A DNA stretch of 64,000 nucleotides, taken from positions 650,195 to 714,194 of the forward strand of contig CAYITG010000001.1 in the NCBI GenBank assembly GCA_964366415.1, given 5' to 3'. The position numbers and the translations under genes are program-made. This DNA is from Candidatus Woesearchaeota archaeon (GTDB lineage: Archaea > Nanobdellota > Nanobdellia > SCGC-AAA011-G17 > UBA489). Positions within the stretch are counted from its first letter, which is position 1; each line of letters opens with the position of its first letter. Of this stretch, positions 1-7,957 are shown piece by piece. The notes beneath the pieces are model-generated. The model ran no database searches. It was not told the origin of the DNA and saw only the letters and a program-made list of their open reading frames with translations.

Positions 1-1
1 A

Positions 2-1006
2 CAATTCAACATGACTTTGAGTTTACCTGGTGGAATGGATTCCACTTACTATGTCCGATGCACTGATGTCAATGGCAACTCCAATGTGCAAGAATATACA
101 ATTCAATTTGGCACTACTGATGAACCAGACTTAACTCCTCCAGTCATTGAATTAACAAGTATTCCTAGCGGTGCGTATCTTTCTGCTAATTTTACAAGTA
201 CGCCTTTATGGCTGGAACTGAATGAACCTGCTTCTGACTGTTGGTGGAATAAAGGAACTGATGTTGATCGCAATGCTGTTAATATTACCCAAACATTCCT
301 TTGTGGCAATTCCTTAGAACAGCCAGGCGCTTCTTTTAATTTCTCTTCTGGATGGAGCACTTCCTGCGTTGGATTATTGACTGGCATTACTCAAGGAGCT
401 GGTCAGAATAATCAATATTACTTCCGATGCATTGATCTTGCCAACAATTCCATGCAGCAAGGATATTCTTTTGTGTTGAAGGGAAGCACTCCTCTTACTA
501 TTACGCAGACTGCACCAGCAGGCACACTTTATATCAATGATGTCACGTTAAGTGCTAGCACCCTTGGAGGAGCAGAACAAGGTAAAGCACGATGTCGTTA
601 TGCGCAACAATCAGTTTCTGCTTTTATTGACTTTTTTTCCACTGGTGGCAGCCAACATACACAATCTTTTACTGATTTGTTACGCGGGCATTATCAATAT
701 CGCATTCATTGTGAAGATATTGCTGGAAATATTGCCGATGGTCAAACTTCATTTACTGTTGATGTCGATATGATTGCGCCTCATCTTGTGTGGGTGTATA
801 GTGTTGGCACAGCAGTGACTGTTGTATTGAATGAACCTGCTACTTGCCGCTATAGTACTGATACTCTGGCTTTTGTTTTTGCTGATGGAACGCTTGCAGG
901 CACCGATAGCACAACACATATTCTTGCAGAAGATAGTCCTGTTTATTATCTTCAATGTCAAGATCAGTTTGGCAATATGATGGATGAGGTGGCTATTTAT
1001 GCGTAA
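2..1006 (+). CDS. C-terminal part of a large secreted repeat protein (5' end cut by the window edge); paralog of the C-terminal ~330 aa of the 1827..5282 product
   Basis: The frame is open back to position 2 with no upstream stop. It has the same module order as the C-terminus of the 1151-aa protein: DLTPPVIE, then repeated NEP(S/A)xC...Y(Y/F)xRCxDxxGN modules. It carries N-x-S/T sequons. Confidence 0.6.
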   Translation, partial: QFNMTLSLPGGMDSTYYVRCTDVNGNSNVQEYTIQFGTTDEPDLTPPVIELTSIPSGAYLSANFTSTPLWLELNEPASDCWWNKGTDVDRNAVNITQTFLCGNSLEQPGASFNFSSGWSTSCVGLLTGITQGAGQNNQYYFRCIDLANNSMQQGYSFVLKGSTPLTITQTAPAGTLYINDVTLSASTLGGAEQGKARCRYAQQSVSAFIDFFSTGGSQHTQSFTDLLRGHYQYRIHCEDIAGNIADGQTSFTVDVDMIAPHLVWVYSVGTAVTVVLNEPATCRYSTDTLAFVFADGTLAGTDSTTHILAEDSPVYYLQCQDQFGNMMDEVAIYA

Positions 1007-1064
1007 AGCACAATCTTTATATAAATCAGCAGAAGACGAATACTCTCAGAAGAGGCGTATTCCT

Positions 1065-1823
1065 ATGGGAACAAAGAGGCGTGGACAAATCAGTGGTTTT
1101 GCAATCTTAGGGGTTGTTGTTTTAGCACTTGTTGTGCTTCTTTTCTTCTTACGCGACCAATTGGGTATTGTTCTTCCAGGACCTTTAGGTGGCAAACCTG
1201 CGGATATCGGAGAGCATATTCGTCAATGTTTACACGAAACAGCTCCAGAACTCATCGAACGGATGGGCAAACAAGGTGGATTTTTGAGCACTCCTGATGG
1301 AACTTTTAAGTTATATCAAGATATTCCTATTAGTTATCTTTGTTACAATATAGATGGTGAAGAAACGTGTCGCAATCGCATGCTGACTTTAATAGACATG
1401 CAACAAGAATTGGGAGATGCCATTGACAAAGGATTAACGACATGCATTGATTATGGCGCATTCAGAAAGAGAGGATATGATCTTACCATAGGACAACGCA
1501 ACATTGTTGTTGATGTTGGACGTGATGCAACACTTGTGACGGTGAAACAACCATTAAAAATGACGCGAGGAGACACGGTTGTCAATTTTGATGAAGTTGC
1601 AGAATCTTTTTCCTATCCTCTTGGGAGATTGTATGATGTTGGACAAGACGTTGTTGATACGGAAACTACTGCAGGAGAATTTGACCAGTTACCTTACATG
1701 CTTGCCCATCGAGGACAATATCTCATTGAGAAAAAGAGACCTTATCCTGATAAGTTATATATCTTACAAACGAAAGATCATCCTTTTATTTTTCAATTTT
1801 TTGTTCAAGGAGAACCTAGTTAA
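1065..1823 (+). CDS. archaeal type IV pilin-like protein (class III signal peptide)
   Basis: An internal Met start follows a GGAGG-like RBS. The N-terminus reads MGTKRRG|QISGFAILGVVVLALVVLLFF: a basic stretch, Gly, then Gln at +1 and a ~20-aa hydrophobic helix. The mature part has 4 Cys. The upstream Met at 984 would overlap the previous gene. Confidence 0.55.
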   Translation: MGTKRRGQISGFAILGVVVLALVVLLFFLRDQLGIVLPGPLGGKPADIGEHIRQCLHETAPELIERMGKQGGFLSTPDGTFKLYQDIPISYLCYNIDGEETCRNRMLTLIDMQQELGDAIDKGLTTCIDYGAFRKRGYDLTIGQRNIVVDVGRDATLVTVKQPLKMTRGDTVVNFDEVAESFSYPLGRLYDVGQDVVDTETTAGEFDQLPYMLAHRGQYLIEKKRPYPDKLYILQTKDHPFIFQFFVQGEPS

Positions 1824-1826
1824 CTT

Positions 1827-4800
1827 ATGACTTCATGGCGTGCAATACTCTTTGGAATTTTTTTTGTGATTTTGCTAGCTGGACTTCGTGATGTTGATGC
1901 ACAACAAAAAGTATGCTGCAGCGAAACTGTCAGCGGCAGTCATTGTGATTATGTTCCTGCTAATGAATGTCAACCTGGAGCATTGATGGCTGCGACTGCG
2001 TGCGAACAAACAAGTTTTTGCAAATTAGGATGCGGCTATGATCAAGGTTCTGGCAAATGCTTCAAAAATACTCCGAAATTTAACTGTGAACAGCAAGGAA
2101 ACTGCAGTTGGAGCGCGAGTTCGAGTTGTGATATTCCGCAATGTGGGAAGGGATGCTGTGTGTTGAGTAATGAATGCAGTTACATCACACAACTTCAATG
2201 TAAAAAAACTACTAGTTTGTATCCTGATGTTGAGATGACGTTTAAGGAAGAGATTACCAACGAACTTGATTGTGTCAATCAATGTCGCAGCTTTGAACGT
2301 GGAGCATGTGTTAAGCCAGATGGCAGTTGTACGTTTACTACTCGCGAAAGTTGTTCAGAAACTTCTACAACATTAAATGTGAGCGGACCTCTTGTTGGTT
2401 TTCATCCTGATAAATTATGCAGCCATCCACAGTTAGGAACAGAATGCGCATCACAACACACCACAGGATGTTTGCCTGATGGCGATGAAGTGCACTGGTT
2501 TGATAGTTGCGGAAATCCTGAAAATATTTATGATAGCAATAAAGTTCGAAGCTTCAATAATGGTTTTGTTTTGAGCAAAGATCAAAGTTGCAATGCTAAC
2601 AGCAACAATGTCAACAATCCTCAATGTGGTAACTGTAATTATCCTCAAGGAACTCTCTGCGGCGTTGCTGATAGAAGTGTTGATCCTGCTTTTGGGGATT
2701 ATGCTTGCGTTGATGTCAATTGCGGAATTGATGATATTACTCAAGATCCTTACAGCCCAGCTTCTACCTCTTCGAAAAAGTTTGGAGAAAGCTGGTGTGC
2801 TTATGATAGCGTGCCTGGAAGCGGACAAGATCCTGTTGGCAGCAGACAATATCGTCGCGTATGTATTAATGGACAAGAACTTACAGAAGATTGCAAAGAC
2901 TTTCGTGAAGAAATCTGCGTGCAAGGTGTAGCTGGACAACCGCCTCTTCCTACAGGGGCTTCTTTTCAAGTCAGTCAAGGATCATTTTTGAGTGCTGGAT
3001 GCCGTGACAACAGATGGCAGACGTGCGGTGATGCGAAGAATGAATTTGATTGCGTGAATGTGCAACAGCGAGATTGTATGTGGTATGGCGTTAGTTCATA
3101 TGGTAATAAACAACCTGGTAATCCTGATGCAGACACGAAAGCAAAAGCAAATAAAAAAGGGCAATGCGTTCCTTTTGTACCTCCTGGCTTGAAATTCTGG
3201 ACCGATGAAAGTGTTGGACAGACACCAACTGCTGATGCAACAGCAACATGCGCAAAAGCAAATTCAGAATGTACCGTCGTGTATGAGATTAGTGGATGGG
3301 GAGACAAGAAATGTGTCGCTAACTGCGACTGTAAAAAGAAAGAATGGTTGTTAGCACAAAATAGTGTTTGTGTTGCACAAGGAGATTGCGGAGCATGGGT
3401 GAACATTCGTGGCAAAGGAACGACGCATGGTTTTACTGTGAGTCCGAATCATGATTATACTTTGACTGGAAGCGACATTAATTCTTTTGGACAAACTGTT
3501 TTCTTGAAAGAACATGGTAAGGAGTATGACAATAAGTTTGGTGCTTTCTTCAAGAAATCTTGGATACCAACTGCATACTTTGCAACTGTTTATGTTTCTA
3601 CCGTAATTGCTACTGGTTGGGGTACTGCTGCTTCATCTATAGGATTAATCGAAGGAACTTGGTTAAGTGCGCTTGGGGCAAAAAATACTTTATTTTCTGA
3701 ACTTGAAAAAACAGCACTTAAAGAAGGAGGTAAATATGGATTTTCTAATATACGACTATTTGCATACATTAATACTCTTGCATGGATTTGGATGATCTAT
3801 AATCTTATTGATGTTGTCCTTGCTGATACTGAAGAAGATGTTTATAGTGTGCAATGTTTACCCTGGGTAGCACCTGTTGGCGGCGATGACTGTGAGAGTT
3901 GTGGCGATGATGGCAAGGAATGCAGCGAATATCGATGCAAGAGTTTGGGACAAGCGTGTAAACTTTTGAATCCTGGCACTGCAAAAGAAGTTTGCACCAA
4001 TGCGCATCCTAATGATGTTACGTCGCCCATTATTACTGCTGATCCGAGTGCGCTTGAACGTGGATACACCTTGAGTGAGAAAGCCAATGAAGGATATGTT
4101 GTCAATCCACAAGTTGAACCTTTCACTGCTGTCAGTTTAGGTATTAAAACAAATGAACCTTCGCAATGTAAGTTCAGTTTGAATCACTCGATGAGCTATG
4201 ATACCATCACAACGTTCTTTGGCGACAGCTTGTATGATTACAATCATAGCATGACCTTTTCCATCCCTGGAGAGCTTGCAGAGAACCCTGAAATCTTGAA
4301 ACTTACTAACGGCGGGCAATTCACGTTGTATGCCCGATGCCAAGATGGCAATGGCAATAAGAATGAACGTGATTATTACATTAAGTTTGCTGTGAAAAAA
4401 GGTCCAGACTTGACACCGCCCGTGATTGAAGCAACAGGCATTGCGAATGGAGCATATGTTCCTTCAGGCGTGAATTCCACTCCCTTTGTCATGTATGTCA
4501 ATGAACCTTCAGAATGTAAATGGGATGATCTTGATGCAGACTTTGCAAGCATGACGCATGGCTTTACGTGCAAGACACAAGGATTGCCAACATCAAGTTT
4601 ATTCTATGGATTGTATGAATGCGCAACTGTTCTTGACGATTTGGAATCGAACAAAAATAATGCATTTTATTTCAGATGCAAAGATCAACCTGGACAACCA
4701 GAATCAGAGAGAAATGTGAATGAGGAAAGCTATATTTATACTTTGAGAGGAACTGTGCCTTTAGAAATTACAAGCGTTAGTCCAACACAAGGCACGCAAC

Positions 4801-5282
4801 TTATGACGCAAGATCCAGAATTGAAAGTGATTACCTCTCGCGGAGCACAAAACGGTGTTGCTGTATGTGGCTATAGTTTTATTGACAACAGTTTTGGATC
4901 ATCTATTGAATTTGCCATTACGAATAGTACCGTTCATTCACAATTATTCAGCGATCTTAATCCTAGCTCTTACAATGCCTATATCAATTGTGTTGATGCG
5001 GCAGGAAACTTAGCGCAAGCCCAAACAAGTTTCAGCGTTTCGATTGATGCTGGAGGACCTGCTATTGCTCAGGTCTATACTGAAGGAAGTTTGTTGACTG
5101 TTGTGATGAATGAACCATCCACGTGTGAGTATAGCACGACAGGTTTCTTTACGTTCGGAAGCGGCGTGCAAATGACAGGACCCGACACATTTATTCATCA
5201 AGCTCCTTTGGACAGCGACATTTATTATCTTGTTTGTCAGGATAGCTTAAGTAATGAAGGACGCTACACGCTTTATGTGTAA
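1827..5282 (+). CDS. giant (1151 aa) secreted Cys-rich surface or adhesin-like protein with a C-terminal triple repeat module
   Basis: It has an N-terminal signal peptide (MTSWRAILFGIFFVILLAGLRDVDAQQ). Residues ~28-560 are extremely Cys-rich. Two hydrophobic segments sit at ~aa 578-612 and 642-666. The C-terminal ~360 aa are paralogous to ORF 2..1006 (DLTPPVIE; NEPSxC...YxRCxD motifs). An RBS AAGGAGA lies upstream. Confidence 0.6.
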   Translation: MTSWRAILFGIFFVILLAGLRDVDAQQKVCCSETVSGSHCDYVPANECQPGALMAATACEQTSFCKLGCGYDQGSGKCFKNTPKFNCEQQGNCSWSASSSCDIPQCGKGCCVLSNECSYITQLQCKKTTSLYPDVEMTFKEEITNELDCVNQCRSFERGACVKPDGSCTFTTRESCSETSTTLNVSGPLVGFHPDKLCSHPQLGTECASQHTTGCLPDGDEVHWFDSCGNPENIYDSNKVRSFNNGFVLSKDQSCNANSNNVNNPQCGNCNYPQGTLCGVADRSVDPAFGDYACVDVNCGIDDITQDPYSPASTSSKKFGESWCAYDSVPGSGQDPVGSRQYRRVCINGQELTEDCKDFREEICVQGVAGQPPLPTGASFQVSQGSFLSAGCRDNRWQTCGDAKNEFDCVNVQQRDCMWYGVSSYGNKQPGNPDADTKAKANKKGQCVPFVPPGLKFWTDESVGQTPTADATATCAKANSECTVVYEISGWGDKKCVANCDCKKKEWLLAQNSVCVAQGDCGAWVNIRGKGTTHGFTVSPNHDYTLTGSDINSFGQTVFLKEHGKEYDNKFGAFFKKSWIPTAYFATVYVSTVIATGWGTAASSIGLIEGTWLSALGAKNTLFSELEKTALKEGGKYGFSNIRLFAYINTLAWIWMIYNLIDVVLADTEEDVYSVQCLPWVAPVGGDDCESCGDDGKECSEYRCKSLGQACKLLNPGTAKEVCTNAHPNDVTSPIITADPSALERGYTLSEKANEGYVVNPQVEPFTAVSLGIKTNEPSQCKFSLNHSMSYDTITTFFGDSLYDYNHSMTFSIPGELAENPEILKLTNGGQFTLYARCQDGNGNKNERDYYIKFAVKKGPDLTPPVIEATGIANGAYVPSGVNSTPFVMYVNEPSECKWDDLDADFASMTHGFTCKTQGLPTSSLFYGLYECATVLDDLESNKNNAFYFRCKDQPGQPESERNVNEESYIYTLRGTVPLEITSVSPTQGTQLMTQDPELKVITSRGAQNGVAVCGYSFIDNSFGSSIEFAITNSTVHSQLFSDLNPSSYNAYINCVDAAGNLAQAQTSFSVSIDAGGPAIAQVYTEGSLLTVVMNEPSTCEYSTTGFFTFGSGVQMTGPDTFIHQAPLDSDIYYLVCQDSLSNEGRYTLYV

Positions 5283-5291
5283 GAGGCCGTC

Positions 5292-5789
5292 ATGATTCGT
5301 CTTCATAAAAAGGGAGTTGAGATGCAGGTTTTTACTTTTATTTTTGCCCTCATCTTAATTGTTTTCATCTTAGCTTATGGATTGCGAAGCATTTCCCGCA
5401 TACAAGGCGTGGGTGAAAATGTTGACCTGGGAGATTTTGTCTTTCGCTTGCGAGATCAGGTTGACATGATGGTTTCTTTTGAAATTGACAGCACGAAACA
5501 AGTGAAATTATTTTTACCTAACAAAGTGACACAAGTGTGCTTCTTCAATGGGGAGCACGAGATTACTTTGCATGATGATGACTTAGACCTTTATTTTGAG
5601 ACTAATTTAGGAAAAAATGTTTTTGTTGCACCTTTTTCATTTGCTCAGAATATTTTTTTGATTGAACATTTGCGACCTGACCATGCAGGAGATAACCCTC
5701 TTTGTTTTGCAACCAAAGGCGTTCTTCAGTTTACCTTGACCACTGTTTTAGGAGACGATGATAACATTTATGTAGAAGTCAGTCGTTGA
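5292..5789 (+). CDS. small pilin-like or signal-anchored secreted protein
   Basis: The N-terminus MIRLHKKG|VEMQVFTFIFALILIVFILAY has a basic stretch, Gly and a hydrophobic helix. It sits in the tight operon with other class III signal peptide proteins. Confidence 0.4.
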   Translation: MIRLHKKGVEMQVFTFIFALILIVFILAYGLRSISRIQGVGENVDLGDFVFRLRDQVDMMVSFEIDSTKQVKLFLPNKVTQVCFFNGEHEITLHDDDLDLYFETNLGKNVFVAPFSFAQNIFLIEHLRPDHAGDNPLCFATKGVLQFTLTTVLGDDDNIYVEVSR

Positions 5790-5796
5790 TGTCCTT

Positions 5797-6765
5797 ATGT
5801 TTTTTAAAAAAAAAGGGTTGAGCGGAGATCTTTTTACGTGGATTCTTGCTACCATCGCTGGCGTTTTTATCTTAGTCTTTTTTTATCGGTTTGCTACCCA
5901 ACATATTGATGTCAGCGAAGACTTGACCGATAGACAGACAGCCGAATACTTGATCGATGAACTTGATGCTTTCAGCACTGGAGAAAGTTCTACGAATTAT
6001 CTCAACTTTCGTACGCCCTTAGATGTGACGTTTCAGTGCGGTAGCGTTGGCTTCCGTGATTTTGCGAAAGATTTGGATAGACTTGTCTTTGCACCTTCAG
6101 AGATACATGATGATGAGATTGCGATGTGGACAGAAGTGTGGAAATTTCCTTTTCCCATTACTCCTGTATATTATCTTACTACAAAACGATCTCGCACCAT
6201 TATTATTTATGATGATCGCAGCGTTGATTTCATCCAGCGTCATTCTTTTCCTAGTACGATGGGCATTCAGAGCGTTCATATTAAGTCTCTTAAGCTTGAT
6301 CAACTTCGCCAACAGACCTCTGGACTTGACAGTCTTCATTTGATTTATCTTATTCCTGTACGCGATGTGAACATTATATCAGAAGCATTTCCTTCTTTGA
6401 AACCAGACATTCTTGAAGTAGATTTAGAGAAACATACGGTTCGCTATCACAACTATCGCATTGATGGCTTTTATTTAGGCGATGAGATGTTATATGGCGC
6501 ATTCTTTGCACCTGAACAATTTCCCTGCCTTCAACGCAAGGCTTTAGAACATCTTTGGCGAGCAGCTCACCTTCTGGAGCAACGCGCGCGATTATTACAA
6601 GGAAAAATAGCAGATCCTGCTTGCAGTGAGCTATTTTTCTCTTTGAGCACTGCTTATCATGGCTTCATTGGCGTTGATGATTATGATCTTCTCTATGAAC
6701 AGATGGAACGTGTTGATCAATATGATTCTTTACTTCAGCGACAGGGTTGTGGAGGAGCGTATTAA
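5797..6765 (+). CDS. pilin-like protein (class III signal peptide-like N-terminus)
   Basis: The N-terminus is MFFKKKG|LSGDLFTWILATIAGVFILVFF. It is tightly spaced in the operon. Confidence 0.45.
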   Translation: MFFKKKGLSGDLFTWILATIAGVFILVFFYRFATQHIDVSEDLTDRQTAEYLIDELDAFSTGESSTNYLNFRTPLDVTFQCGSVGFRDFAKDLDRLVFAPSEIHDDEIAMWTEVWKFPFPITPVYYLTTKRSRTIIIYDDRSVDFIQRHSFPSTMGIQSVHIKSLKLDQLRQQTSGLDSLHLIYLIPVRDVNIISEAFPSLKPDILEVDLEKHTVRYHNYRIDGFYLGDEMLYGAFFAPEQFPCLQRKALEHLWRAAHLLEQRARLLQGKIADPACSELFFSLSTAYHGFIGVDDYDLLYEQMERVDQYDSLLQRQGCGGAY

Positions 6766-7283
6766 TGAACAAACAAGGTCAGTTAGGAATGCAGGAAATC
6801 CTGTTGGTTACTTTCATCCTTGTTATTCTTTTCGTTCTTGGCTTAGTCCTTTATTTCAAATTTTCTTTGGCTCATGTTCAGACTATTGGAGAAACATTGA
6901 GTGAGCAAGAAACAACTATTCTTCTCTCTCGGATTCATTCTTTACCTGAATTACGCTGTCGAGATCGGGTTTGTTTAGACACGAGCAGGTTTATCCCTTT
7001 TCAAACTCTCACGCAGCGTCATCAGGAGTATTATGCAAATTTTTTAGGTTATAAGAAAATCGTTGTGACTCAACTGTATCCTGCGCCTGAAACACGTGAG
7101 CTATGCACTTTAACAACGTATGAACAAGATGCTTATCCTCAAAACTGCTTTTCTTGGACACTTTATGATCACAAACCTCAAAAGGTTCGCCAACAGATCA
7201 TTGTCCGGACCTTTGTTTCTTTATATTATCCTGAATTGGAAGAATATCGTCTTGGGGAGATTGAGGTGATTACGTATGCCTAA
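6765..7283 (+). CDS. pilin-like protein (class III signal peptide, Gln +1)
   Basis: The start was moved to the internal ATG that overlaps the upstream stop (TAATG). The N-terminus is MNKQG|QLGMQEILLVTFILVILFVLGLVLYF. Confidence 0.5.
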   Translation: MNKQGQLGMQEILLVTFILVILFVLGLVLYFKFSLAHVQTIGETLSEQETTILLSRIHSLPELRCRDRVCLDTSRFIPFQTLTQRHQEYYANFLGYKKIVVTQLYPAPETRELCTLTTYEQDAYPQNCFSWTLYDHKPQKVRQQIIVRTFVSLYYPELEEYRLGEIEVITYA

Positions 7284-7707
7284 GAAAGGGCAAGCAGAAG
7301 CTATGGGCATTTTGATTTTGCTTATTATTATACTCCTCTTGGCATTCCTGTACTTACGTTTCAGCTTGCGTGGCGACAACAAAGACTATGCCAGCGTGCG
7401 GGAAAGCATTGCCGCCCATGACCTTTTACGCGCATTACTTCAATTACATATTCGAGAAGAATCCTTCCAGGAACTCACTGTAGGTTGTTATTATGACTCT
7501 GCTTCTTGTGATCTTCTACGGCAACGTGTCAAGAGTATATTTACCAATATCTTTACTGGGCCAGAGACTTATCATCTTCTCTTGAAAGCAGAGGACCAGA
7601 CTCTCGTGGATGAAGGAACATGTTCCCAAGGCATTGTTGGACGGATCCCTTATACTGTTGATGGGGTTCTTTATGAGGGTATTTTGACGCTTTGCGGCCG
7701 TTCTTAG
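7276..7707 (+). CDS. pilin-like protein (class III signal peptide, Gln +1)
   Basis: An RBS GGAGGTGATT precedes the ATG. The N-terminus is MPKKG|QAEAMGILILLIIILLLAFLYL. Confidence 0.5.
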   Translation: MPKKGQAEAMGILILLIIILLLAFLYLRFSLRGDNKDYASVRESIAAHDLLRALLQLHIREESFQELTVGCYYDSASCDLLRQRVKSIFTNIFTGPETYHLLLKAEDQTLVDEGTCSQGIVGRIPYTVDGVLYEGILTLCGRS

Positions 7708-7830
7708 CTTCTTTTTTATGTTTCACTTTTAGAGTGGTGACATAACTTTATCAGCTTATTTTTCTTAAGTTGCTTCATTATGGCTAAAAACCTCGAATTT
7801 CGACAGAATACTATGAATATTACTTGTCTG

Positions 7831-7852
7831 GCATATAAATGCTTATAAATGA
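7831..7852 (+). promoter_or_regulatory. putative archaeal TATA/BRE promoter of the surface protein gene
   Basis: Two tandem ATATAAAT / TTATAAAT elements lie in the 250-bp intergenic region upstream of 7958. A strong SD sequence (GGAGGTG) sits 7 nt before the ATG. Confidence 0.3.
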
Positions 7853-7957
7853 GGTGGAGCCCCCTATCCATGCTTAGTATGATATGTAGAAAGAAAAGTC
7901 TCAGTCATACCGGGCTAAACGGAGAAAAAAAATCATACTCATACGGAGGTGTGATAC

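Noticed and set aside
984-1064. Upstream extension of the pilin-like ORF starting at ATG 984 (MRWLFMRKAQSLYK...)
   Set aside because: It would overlap the preceding gene by 23 nt and bury the class III signal peptide 27 aa into the protein. The internal ATG at 1065 has a GGAGG-like RBS and yields a canonical N-terminal KRRG|Q signal.
2025-4573. Multiple 60-175-aa ORFs on the minus strand and in alternate frames inside the giant protein gene (for example 2451..2978, 2975..3415, 3842..4126)
   Set aside because: They lie fully within a well-supported long CDS, have low-complexity composition, and have no start context. They are typical random ORFs.
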